Positions 9,118-17,426 of a DNA stretch of 18,894 bases are shown here, piece by piece. The notes under the pieces were generated by a model that saw nothing but the letters and a program-made list of their open reading frames with translations, was not told where the DNA came from and made no database searches. This DNA comes from a bacterium (GTDB lineage Bacteria > Oederibacteriota > PGYV01 > Palsa-1178). The stretch is from NCBI GenBank assembly GCA_037138355.1, contig JBAXIL010000035.1:1-18894 (forward strand), in the 5' to 3' direction. How positions within the stretch are numbered: position 1 is the first letter of the stretch; the number at the start of each line of letters is the position of its first letter. The translations under genes were made by a program, and so were the position numbers.

Positions 9118-10445
9118 TGGATTCAGTAGGAAATGTATTCAGAATACCAGAGCTAAGAAAAAGAATTTTATTTATGCTCGGAATGCTTTTTGTTTTCAGG
9201 CTCGGCACTCATGTGCCTACACCTGGAATAAATACGCATGTCATGGAAATGCTTATATCTTCCCAAGCGGGAGGATTTTTGGGATTTCTTGATGTATTTT
9301 CCGGTGGTGCATTAAGACAATTTACAATTTTTTCTTTGGGTATTATGCCATATATTTCTGCTTCTATTATTTTACAGCTTCTGACCTCAGTTGTTCCAGC
9401 GCTTGAAGCTCTTTCAAAAGAAGGCGATGCAGGTCGCAAAAAAATAACACAATATACAAGATTTCTTACAGTCGCAATTTGTATTTTTCAGGCAACGGCT
9501 GTTACATTTTGGCTGAAAACAGTTGAAATTGGTGGGGCTATGTTAGTTCCTTCATATGGACTGGGTTTTGTTGTAACTACAGTTTTAACCTTGACAGGTG
9601 GAACAATATTCCTTATGTGGCTCGGCGAACAAATGACTGAGCATGGTATAGGAAATGGTATGTCAATGATAATCATGGCTGGTATCGTTGCTAACATACC
9701 TGCACAAATAGGTCGTACAGTAGCACTTATGCAGGCTGGAACTACCAGTATTTTTTCGGCAATTATATTTTTGGTTGTTATGGTTGCACTTACTGCTTTG
9801 GCAGTTGTTTCACAGCAATCATTTAGAAAAATTCCAGTGCAGTATGCACAGAGAATAGTAGGACGCAAGATTTATCGCGGGCAGTCAACAAATCTTCCTT
9901 TGAAGGTGGACTATTCTGGAGTTATAGCAGTTATATTTTCTTCGTCAGTAATGATATTACCTTCAATGATAGCGAAACTTATGGAAAGACCTGGACAGTC
10001 AAATACTTTTCAGTCAATTTTAACATTTATTAATACTAATTTTTCTGTTGGACATCCTTTATATATAATTTGTTATGTCGCTTTGATCGTGTTCTTCTGT
10101 TATTTTTATACGGCAATAACTTTTAACCCAACTGATGTAGCAGAAAATATGAAAAAATATGGTGGTTTTGTTCCAGGTATCAGACCAGGACAACCAACCG
10201 CTGATTACATTAATAACATACTCACGCGCATTACTTTAGGTGGAGCTGCAATGATAGTTGTTATCGCGGTTATTCCTGATGTTATGAGCAGATGGCTTGA
10301 AGTTGGTTCTTATTTTGGCGGCACAACTCTTTTGATTATGGTTGGTGTTGCAATAGATTTAGTTCAACAGCTTGAATCACATTTACTTATGAGACATTAT
10401 GATGGCTTTATGAAAACAGGAAGAATCAGAGGAAGAAGAAGCTAA
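9114..10445 (+). CDS. secY: Preprotein translocase subunit SecY
   Basis: LGIMPYISASIILQLL, WLGEQMTEHGIGNGMS, GFVPGIRPGQPT and FGGTTLLIMVGV motifs; many hydrophobic segments; ATGA overlap with rplO. Confidence 0.99.
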   Translation: MMDSVGNVFRIPELRKRILFMLGMLFVFRLGTHVPTPGINTHVMEMLISSQAGGFLGFLDVFSGGALRQFTIFSLGIMPYISASIILQLLTSVVPALEALSKEGDAGRKKITQYTRFLTVAICIFQATAVTFWLKTVEIGGAMLVPSYGLGFVVTTVLTLTGGTIFLMWLGEQMTEHGIGNGMSMIIMAGIVANIPAQIGRTVALMQAGTTSIFSAIIFLVVMVALTALAVVSQQSFRKIPVQYAQRIVGRKIYRGQSTNLPLKVDYSGVIAVIFSSSVMILPSMIAKLMERPGQSNTFQSILTFINTNFSVGHPLYIICYVALIVFFCYFYTAITFNPTDVAENMKKYGGFVPGIRPGQPTADYINNILTRITLGGAAMIVVIAVIPDVMSRWLEVGSYFGGTTLLIMVGVAIDLVQQLESHLLMRHYDGFMKTGRIRGRRS

Positions 10446-10462
10446 TTTTAAGGAGATTGTAA

Positions 10463-11113
10463 ATGATATTTATTTTGTTAGGGCCACCAGGCGCAGGAAA
10501 AGGAACTTATTCGTCAAAGTTGACAAGCATATATAATATACCGCAGATTTCAACGGGAGATATATTAAGAGCTGCAGTAAAAGAAGGCACAGAACTTGGT
10601 CGCCAGGCAAAAGATTTTATGAACAAAGGTTTATTAGTTCCAGATGCACTTATAGTGGCTATCGTAGAACATAGAATTAAAGACGCAGACTGCAAAGGCG
10701 GATTCTTACTTGATGGTTTTCCGAGAACCGTAGAACAGGCAGATGCTTTGGAATTGATTTTTAAGAAAAATACATTAACTTTGGATAAAGTGATAAATAT
10801 AATTGTAGATAAAGATGTTCTGTTCAAAAGACTCACTGGCAGGAGAATGTGTAAGTCCTGCGGTGGAAATTATAATGTGTATTCTTTGCCACCAGCAGTT
10901 GAAGGGAAATGCGATAAATGTGGTGGCGAATTATATCAAAGAACTGACGATCAACCAGACACAATAGAAAACAGGCTTGTAGTTTATGATAAACAAACTT
11001 CGCCTTTGATAGATTATTATAGAAAAATAAATAAGCTTGCTGATATTGAAGCTTCAAAAGGTACCATAGATGAGATAGTAATAAAAATCTCAGAAGTAGT
11101 AGGAAAGAAGTAA
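10463..11113 (+). CDS. adk: Adenylate kinase (long form, Cys-containing LID)
   Basis: P-loop GPPGAGKGT, ISTGDILR and LLDGFPRT motifs; LID CKSC...CDKC. Confidence 0.99.
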   Translation: MIFILLGPPGAGKGTYSSKLTSIYNIPQISTGDILRAAVKEGTELGRQAKDFMNKGLLVPDALIVAIVEHRIKDADCKGGFLLDGFPRTVEQADALELIFKKNTLTLDKVINIIVDKDVLFKRLTGRRMCKSCGGNYNVYSLPPAVEGKCDKCGGELYQRTDDQPDTIENRLVVYDKQTSPLIDYYRKINKLADIEASKGTIDEIVIKISEVVGKK

Positions 11114-11119
11114 TTTTAA

Positions 11120-11869
11120 ATGATTGATTTAAAAAGCAAAAACGAAATAAAAAAGATAGCAGAGAGCGGTAGAATGGTAGCCGCAGTTCTTAAAAAGTTG
11201 AAGAGTATGGTAATACCAGGGTTAATTACCCAAGAGCTTGATGATACGGCGCGTAAAATGACTAAAGAGTTTGGCGCAAGGCCAGCTTTTTTAGGATACC
11301 GTGGATATACGGCGGCTGTATGTGTCTCGATTAATGATGAAGTTGTTCATGGCTTTCCATCAAAAAAAAGAATATGTAAAGAAGGCGATATAATATCTCT
11401 TGATTTTGGAGTGGAGTACGGTGGTTACTACGCAGACGCTGCACTTACTGTCGGAGTGGGTAAGATATCGCAATTAGCAAAAAAATTGATGGATGTTACA
11501 GAACAGTCATTGTATAAAGGCATTGAAAAAGCAGTTGCAGGAAATAAGTTGTATGATATTTCAGCAGCTGTTCAACAACAAGCTGAATCAAATGGCTTTT
11601 CTGTGGTTCGAGATTTTGTCGGTCACGGTGTTGGAAGAAAATTGCATGAAGAACCATTCGTGCCAAATTTCGGAAAAGCTGGAACCGGTATTTTACTTGA
11701 AGTAGGAACTGTGATAGCTATAGAACCTATGGTAAATGAAAAAAAATATGATGTAAAAGTGCTAAGTGATGAGTGGACAGTGGTAACTTGTGATAAAGGT
11801 TTATCAGCCCATTACGAGCACACAATAGCAATAACAGAATCAGGACCTGTAATATTAACGAAAGAGTAA
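11120..11869 (+). CDS. map: Type I methionine aminopeptidase
   Basis: [12 protein letters not shown]...[22 protein letters not shown] and SAHYEHT motifs. Confidence 0.99.
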   Translation: MIDLKSKNEIKKIAESGRMVAAVLKKLKSMVIPGLITQELDDTARKMTKEFGARPAFLGYRGYTAAVCVSINDEVVHGFPSKKRICKEGDIISLDFGVEYGGYYADAALTVGVGKISQLAKKLMDVTEQSLYKGIEKAVAGNKLYDISAAVQQQAESNGFSVVRDFVGHGVGRKLHEEPFVPNFGKAGTGILLEVGTVIAIEPMVNEKKYDVKVLSDEWTVVTCDKGLSAHYEHTIAITESGPVILTKE

Positions 11870-11895
11870 GAGAGATTAAAAAAGAAGAGGAATTA

Positions 11896-12135
11896 ATGTC
11901 AAAAGAAGATATGATTGAAGCGGAGGGATCCATACTTGAGATACTTCCAAATGCGACTTTTAGAGTACAGTTGGAAAATGGGCATAAAGTGCTTGCTCAT
12001 GTTTCAGGCAAAATGAGAATGAATTTTATCAAGTTGTTGCCAGGAGATAAAATAACAGTACAGCTTTCCCCTTACGATTTAACTAAAGGAAGAATAACAT
12101 ACAGGCACGGAAAACAAAGAGGTGAACAGAAATGA
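11896..12135 (+). CDS. infA: Translation initiation factor IF-1
   Basis: [23 protein letters not shown] and [13 protein letters not shown] motifs. Confidence 0.99.
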   Translation: MSKEDMIEAEGSILEILPNATFRVQLENGHKVLAHVSGKMRMNFIKLLPGDKITVQLSPYDLTKGRITYRHGKQRGEQK

Positions 12136-12245
12136 AAGTGAGAGTATCAGTTAAAAAGATTTGCGATAAATGCAAAGTTATAAAAAGAAAAGGTGTTGTC
12201 AGAGTAATCTGCGAAAACCCTAAGCACAAACAGAGACAGGGATAA
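12132..12245 (+). CDS. rpmJ: 50S ribosomal protein L36 (bL36, C+ form), not in the ORF track
   Basis: My translation gives [37 protein letters not shown] (37 aa); ATGA overlap with infA. Confidence 0.98.
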   Translation: MKVRVSVKKICDKCKVIKRKGVVRVICENPKHKQRQG

Positions 12246-12256
12246 GGAGGCATAAA

Positions 12257-12670
12257 TTGGCACGTATTTCAGGAACTGACTTACCAAAGAACAAAAGAAT
12301 AGAGGTGGCACTCACCTATGTTTACGGCATTGGCAACTCGCTTGCTAAATTGATTTTAAAAGATGCCGGAGTAAACCCTGACACCAGAGTTTTTAATCTG
12401 ACTGAACAGGAAGTTTATAAAATACAGGATACTATTCTCACAAGACAGGTTAAAGTAGAAGGAGATTTGCGTAAAGAAGTATCACAAAACATTAAAAGAC
12501 TTATGGATATAGGAAGTTATAGGGGCTTAAGGCATAGAAAAGGTCTGCCAGTCCGCGGTCAGAGAACTCGTACAAATGCGAGAACCAGAAAAGGACCGAA
12601 AAAGACAGTAGGAGCAGGAAAAAAGACAGCAGCACCGGCATCAGCGCCGGCAGCAGCAAAAAAAGCTTAA
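12257..12670 (+). CDS. rpsM: 30S ribosomal protein S13 (uS13), TTG start
   Basis: [14 protein letters not shown] and [26 protein letters not shown] motifs. Confidence 0.99.
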   Translation: MARISGTDLPKNKRIEVALTYVYGIGNSLAKLILKDAGVNPDTRVFNLTEQEVYKIQDTILTRQVKVEGDLRKEVSQNIKRLMDIGSYRGLRHRKGLPVRGQRTRTNARTRKGPKKTVGAGKKTAAPASAPAAAKKA

Positions 12671-12688
12671 CTTTAAGGAGGACGTGAT

Positions 12689-13063
12689 TTGTCTACAAAG
12701 AAAAAAGGAAAAGTAGTACCTGAACTTGCAGTAGCGAGAATTCAGTCAACATTTAACAATACGATTATTACTATCGCGACGAAAGAAGGCGATACTATAT
12801 CATGGGCATCCGGCGGAATGGTCGGCATGAAGGGCTCAAGGAAATCAACTCCTTTTGCAGCTCAGCTCGCGGCTGAAAAAGCAGGCAAGTTGGCATTTGA
12901 TATGGGAGTTAGAAAAGTTGAAGTATTTGTAAAAGGACCTGGCGAAGGAAGAGAACCAGCTATCAGATCATTACAATCAGTTGGCTTGGAAATCCTTTCC
13001 ATAAAGGATGTTACACCAATTCCTCACAATGGTTGCAGACCACCGAAGAAGAGAAGAGTTTAA
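12689..13063 (+). CDS. rpsK: 30S ribosomal protein S11 (uS11), TTG start
   Basis: [19 protein letters not shown] and [18 protein letters not shown] motifs. Confidence 0.99.
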   Translation: MSTKKKGKVVPELAVARIQSTFNNTIITIATKEGDTISWASGGMVGMKGSRKSTPFAAQLAAEKAGKLAFDMGVRKVEVFVKGPGEGREPAIRSLQSVGLEILSIKDVTPIPHNGCRPPKKRRV

Positions 13064-13133
13064 GTATAATTTTTAAAATGAATATAAGAAAGTTAAAAAT
13101 AAAAATTTAAAAGAATTATCAGGAGGTAGTGAA

Positions 13134-13769
13134 TTGGCTAGATATAGAGCAGCATTATGCAGACAGTGCAGAAGAGAAGGCATAAAGCTTTACTTAAAAG
13201 GCGACAGATGTATCACACAAAAATGCGCTTTTGAAAGAAGGCCTTATATCCCAGGAATGCACCATGACACAGCCAGAAGCAGAAAGCTATCTGAGTATGG
13301 TAAGCAGCTGAGAGAAAAACAAAAGGTAAAAAGAATTTACGGAGTATTTGAAAGACAGTTCAGAAAATACTTTGAAATTGCAAACCAGAGACAAGGTGAA
13401 ACTGGAGAAAATCTTCTTAAGATTCTTGAGAGAAGACTTGATAATACCGTTCACAAAAGTGGTTTTGCTGTTTCTCGCAGAGAAGGCCGTCAGATTGTAC
13501 TTCATGGTATCATTAAAATTAACGGAAAAAGAGTTAATATACCATCTTATGAAGTAAAGCCAGGCGAGAAAATTACAGTTACAGAAAAAGGACTTGGTAT
13601 GATTTCGGTAAAGAAGGCTCTTTTAGAAGCTTCAAAGAAGAAAACCGTACCAACCTGGATTGAAATGAACTTTGAAACAAATGAAGCAACAATAAAAAAT
13701 GAGCCAGTCAGGTCTGATATAGGATTGCCTGTACAGGAACAGTTGATTGTTGAGTTATATTCAAAATAA
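13134..13769 (+). CDS. rpsD: 30S ribosomal protein S4 (uS4), four-Cys N-terminal form, TTG start
   Basis: CRQCRREG, QLREKQK, LERRLDN and IVELYSK motifs; AGGAGG SD upstream. Confidence 0.99.
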   Translation: MARYRAALCRQCRREGIKLYLKGDRCITQKCAFERRPYIPGMHHDTARSRKLSEYGKQLREKQKVKRIYGVFERQFRKYFEIANQRQGETGENLLKILERRLDNTVHKSGFAVSRREGRQIVLHGIIKINGKRVNIPSYEVKPGEKITVTEKGLGMISVKKALLEASKKKTVPTWIEMNFETNEATIKNEPVRSDIGLPVQEQLIVELYSK

Positions 13770-13790
13770 TAGGAAAGGGGTAACAAACTG

Positions 13791-14786
13791 ATGAAATGGA
13801 AAAACTTGCAGAAGCCAAAAAAACTCGAAAAAGAGGAAGTAACAGATAAGTTTGGAAGATTTGTTTCAGAACCTTTCGAACGCGGATATGCTATAGCTAT
13901 AGGAAATGCAATTAGAAGAATTCTTCTTTCTTCTATCCCTGGAGCAGCGATTACTTCCGTAAGAATCGAAGGAGCTCAGCATGAGTTCGCGACCTTAAAC
14001 GGAGTAATGGAAGATGTTTCAGAGATTATTTTAAATCTAAAACAGCTTAATCTTGTTTTAGAAGGCGATTCTCCGAAGAAAATGTATTTAGAAGTATCTG
14101 GAGAAAGAGAAGTTACAGCAGCTGACATAAAAAAAGATAGTGATATCAAGATATTAAATCCAGATTTACACATAGCAACCCTCACAAACAGGGAAGCTAA
14201 GATTTCCATGGAAATGGAAATAGATGTTGGTCGCGGTTATGTAACATCAGATAAGAATAAACGCGCTGATATGTCTATCGGCACTATTCCTACTGATTCA
14301 ATATTTACTCCAGTAACAAATGTAAAGCTTGAAGTTGAAAATACCAGAGTTGGACAGATAACTGACTATGATAAATTAATACTTGAAATTACAACTGATG
14401 GCAGAATAAGTCCTGAAACAGCGCTTACTCAGTCAGCTTTGATTTTGAGAGAATACTTGAATATATTTATCAGCCAAGAAGGCGCGATAGATGATATCAA
14501 GGAAGAAAAAATTGATGAAGAAAAAGAAAAGCTTAAAAATATGCTTTCAAAGAGCGTTGAAGAGCTTGAACTTTCTGTTCGTTCATCAAACTGCTTGAAG
14601 AATGCAAATATCAAATCAATTGCTGACCTTGTTACAAAGTCGGAAGTTGACATGCTTAAATACAGAAACTTCGGAAGAAAATCATTAAATGAAATTAAGG
14701 AAGTTCTGAATGAAATGGGAATGGGATTAGGAATGAAAATTGATAAGGAAGTATTAAAAGATATTAAGAAAACAGGCAAAAAGTAA
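13791..14786 (+). CDS. rpoA: DNA-directed RNA polymerase subunit alpha
   Basis: [46 protein letters not shown] and [10 protein letters not shown] motifs. Confidence 0.99.
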   Translation: MKWKNLQKPKKLEKEEVTDKFGRFVSEPFERGYAIAIGNAIRRILLSSIPGAAITSVRIEGAQHEFATLNGVMEDVSEIILNLKQLNLVLEGDSPKKMYLEVSGEREVTAADIKKDSDIKILNPDLHIATLTNREAKISMEMEIDVGRGYVTSDKNKRADMSIGTIPTDSIFTPVTNVKLEVENTRVGQITDYDKLILEITTDGRISPETALTQSALILREYLNIFISQEGAIDDIKEEKIDEEKEKLKNMLSKSVEELELSVRSSNCLKNANIKSIADLVTKSEVDMLKYRNFGRKSLNEIKEVLNEMGMGLGMKIDKEVLKDIKKTGKK

Positions 14787-14826
14787 TAGTTCACAAATCA
14801 ATTATTAAAAAATAAGGAGTCTTGAA

Positions 14827-15327
14827 ATGAGACATGGCAGGAAAGCTAAAAAATTTAGAAGGGAAAAAGGCCCAAGAAAGGCTTTGTTTGTTACCCTTGC
14901 CACACAACTTTTGGAATACGGCAGGATAAGAACAGGTCTTGAAAAGGCTAAATATTTAAGAGGAGTAGTAGAGCCTCTGATTACAAGAGCGAAATCAGGA
15001 ACATTGCATGACAGAAGAGAAGTAGCAAGAGTTATTCATAACCCTGTAACATTAAAGAAACTTTTTTCGGAAATTGCACCATTATATAAAGAACGCAATG
15101 GTGGATACACACGCGTACTTCATATGGATGCAAGGCCTGGCGATAATGCTGAAATGGCATTGATTGAACTTGTAGGAGCAGAAGCTCTTTATAAAAAAGA
15201 AGATCCTAAAGCTAAGAAAGCCACAAAAGAAGTAAAAGCGCCTAAAAAAGAAAAAGTAGAAGGCAAAAAAGAAGAAAAAAAAGAAAAGAAAGAAAAAAAA
15301 GAAGTCGATAAGAAAGCTAAGAAATAA
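14827..15327 (+). CDS. rplQ: 50S ribosomal protein L17 (bL17) with Lys/Glu-rich C-terminal tail
   Basis: MRHG start and RNGGYTRV..RPGDNAEMALIELV motif, followed by about 45 aa of K/E-rich tail. Confidence 0.98.
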   Translation: MRHGRKAKKFRREKGPRKALFVTLATQLLEYGRIRTGLEKAKYLRGVVEPLITRAKSGTLHDRREVARVIHNPVTLKKLFSEIAPLYKERNGGYTRVLHMDARPGDNAEMALIELVGAEALYKKEDPKAKKATKEVKAPKKEKVEGKKEEKKEKKEKKEVDKKAKK

Positions 15328-15349
15328 AAATCTGTAAGGAGGCTTAATT

Positions 15350-16282
15350 ATGCCATTAGTTGGAACTAAAGAAATGTTTGCAAGAGCAAACAGAGAAGGC
15401 TATGCAATAGGAGCTTTCAATGTAAATGACATGGAAATAGTACAGGGTATAGTAGATGCTGCAAAAGAAGAAAAAGCACCTTTGATACTTCAGGTATCAG
15501 CAGGCGCAAGAAAATATGCCAGACAGGGTTATTTAATTCATTTGGTACAGGCAGCTATAGAAGATTCAGGCCTTCCGATTGCACTTCACCTTGACCACGG
15601 CGAAGATTTTGAAGTTTGTAAAGCTTGTGTTGACGGTGGATTTACATCTGTAATGATAGATGCTTCAAGATTTGATTTTGCTGGCAACATAGCAGAAACA
15701 AAAAAAGTAGTAGATTATGCACACTCAAAAGGAATTCCTGTAGAAGCTGAGCTTGGTAAATTAGCAGGTATAGAAGATTCTGTAAATGTATCAGCAGCAG
15801 ACGCTTCCTTTACTAATCCAGAACAAGCAGCAGAGTTTGTAGCTAAAACAGGTTGCGATTCTCTTGCTGTTGCAATAGGTACCAGTCACGGAGCTTTCAA
15901 GTTTAAAGGCGAAGCAAAGCTTGACTTTGAACGCTTAGAAAAAATTATGAAACTACTTCCTAATGGTTATCCGCTTGTGCTTCACGGAGCATCATCAGTA
16001 CCACAGGAACTCGTAGATAAATGCAATAAATTCGGCGGAAAAATGCCTAATGCAAAAGGTGTTCCTGAAGATTTTTTAAGGAAAGCAGCAGCAATGGGCG
16101 TAGCAAAAATCAATATAGATTCAGATTTAAGATTAGCAATGACTGCAACTATTAGAGAAGTTTTCGCAATGTCTCCAGGCGAATTTGATCCAAGAAAGTA
16201 TTTAGGGCCTGCAAGAGATGCGATTAAAGCAGTCGTAAAAAACAAATTGAAAAATGTGCTTGGTTGTTCAGGTAAAGCATAA
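15350..16282 (+). CDS. fba: Class II (metal-dependent) fructose-1,6-bisphosphate aldolase
   Basis: YAIGAFNVN, LHLDHG, GFTSVMID, EAELG, IGTSHGAFK, LVLHGASSVP, KINIDSD and FDPRKYL motifs; AAGGAGG SD upstream. Confidence 0.95.
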   Translation: MPLVGTKEMFARANREGYAIGAFNVNDMEIVQGIVDAAKEEKAPLILQVSAGARKYARQGYLIHLVQAAIEDSGLPIALHLDHGEDFEVCKACVDGGFTSVMIDASRFDFAGNIAETKKVVDYAHSKGIPVEAELGKLAGIEDSVNVSAADASFTNPEQAAEFVAKTGCDSLAVAIGTSHGAFKFKGEAKLDFERLEKIMKLLPNGYPLVLHGASSVPQELVDKCNKFGGKMPNAKGVPEDFLRKAAAMGVAKINIDSDLRLAMTATIREVFAMSPGEFDPRKYLGPARDAIKAVVKNKLKNVLGCSGKA

Positions 16283-16301
16283 AAAATAAAGAAATAATTA
16301 T

Positions 16302-16340
16302 AAAAAAAGGCGCGGAGCAAATCCGCGCCTTTTTTGTTTT
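16302..16340 (+). terminator. Rho-independent terminator, potentially bidirectional
   Basis: A-tract, then GGCGCGGA (16309-16316), loop GCAAA, TCCGCGCC (16322-16329), then TTTTTTGTTTT. It lies about 20 nt after the fba stop. Confidence 0.95.
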
Positions 16341-16358
16341 TATGGTTTGTGTAGTTGT

Positions 16359-16387
16359 TTGACTTGTCCCCATATATCCGTTATACT
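16359..16387 (+). promoter_or_regulatory. Sigma70-type promoter for the tocopherol-cyclase-like gene
   Basis: TTGACT (16359-16364), a 17 bp spacer, then TATACT (16382-16387). It sits just after the terminator and upstream of GGAGG and ATG 16434. Confidence 0.75.
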
Positions 16388-16433
16388 AAACCATGCTTAA
16401 AAAATTTAAGTTCTATGTTTAACTGGAGGACAA

Positions 16434-17423
16434 ATGTCAAATATTTGGAAGCCAGAGGTATTTCAAGGGCAGGGGAAAAAAGAAAACTATTTTGAGGGTT
16501 GGTATTTTAAGTCAGTAGCAAAAGATGAGAAAACTGTCTATTCTGTAATACCAGGGGTATCTATTTCAAAAGATGTTTCTAAATCCCATGCTTTTATTAT
16601 GCTTGTGGATGCAAGAAAACAAAAGCTATATTACTTTAAATATTCAATTTCTGATTTTTCTGCTAATAAAAATAAGTTTGATATTACAATTGGAAATAAC
16701 CACTTTTCTCTAAATCATATGAAACTTGATTTGAAAGATGATACAAATCAAATAAAAGCTGAACTTCAGTTTGAAAATATATATCCCTGGCCTGTAACTT
16801 TATTATCTCCTGGGACTATGGGGTGGTATGCATTTGTTCCTATGATGGAGTGTTATCACGCTACGGCAAGTTTTAATCATAAAATACATGGATTTTTTGA
16901 TGTGAATGGAAATAAGTCAGATTTTAATGGTGGTAAGGGTTATCTTGAAAAGGACTGGGGGAGGTCAATGCCTTCGTCTTGGATATGGATGCAGACAAAT
17001 CATTTTGATAAATACGAAGTATCTTTGTTTGGCTCTATAGCAAAAATACCATGGATGGGTAGCTTTTTTACTGGATATATTTTTGGTTTTTATTATCAAA
17101 ATATAGTGTATAGATTTGCTACTTATACAGGGGCAAGATTAAAAAAACTAAATGTAACAAAAGATAAAATTGAAATATTTGTTGAGGATAATAAATATAT
17201 TCTTGAAATAACTGCAGATAGAACACAAGGGGTAGATTTGCCTGCACCAAAACTTGGAGAAATGACTGCTAAAGTGAATGAATCATTGAAGTCAATAATC
17301 AAAGTGAGTTTTTATAAAAAGATTAAAACAGGTCGTGAACTTATATTTACTGGCAAAGGTAGAAACTCCGGACTGGAGTTTGTTGGTGATATAAATGAAC
17401 TTCTTAAGGGAATTACTAAATAG
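16434..17423 (+). CDS. Tocopherol cyclase family protein (function in this organism unknown)
   Basis: YFEGWYFK, MGWYAFVPMMECYH and GKGYLEKDWGRSMPSSWIWMQTNHF match the motif pattern of tocopherol-cyclase-like proteins; GGAGG SD upstream. Confidence 0.8.
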   Translation: MSNIWKPEVFQGQGKKENYFEGWYFKSVAKDEKTVYSVIPGVSISKDVSKSHAFIMLVDARKQKLYYFKYSISDFSANKNKFDITIGNNHFSLNHMKLDLKDDTNQIKAELQFENIYPWPVTLLSPGTMGWYAFVPMMECYHATASFNHKIHGFFDVNGNKSDFNGGKGYLEKDWGRSMPSSWIWMQTNHFDKYEVSLFGSIAKIPWMGSFFTGYIFGFYYQNIVYRFATYTGARLKKLNVTKDKIEIFVEDNKYILEITADRTQGVDLPAPKLGEMTAKVNESLKSIIKVSFYKKIKTGRELIFTGKGRNSGLEFVGDINELLKGITK

Positions 17424-17426
17424 TAA

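Noticed and set aside
9038..13557. Alternative-frame + strand ORFs 9038-9292, 11493-11705 and 13348-13557
   Set aside because: They overlap rplO/secY, map and rpsD out of frame and show no family features.
440..16320. Numerous minus-strand ORFs (e.g. 440-781, 1424-1876, 4611-5210, 6910-7389, 9488-9868, 14429-14794, 15982-16320)
   Set aside because: They lie antisense to highly conserved genes, are rich in F/L/S/I as expected for shadows of A-rich coding strands, and show no recognisable motifs.
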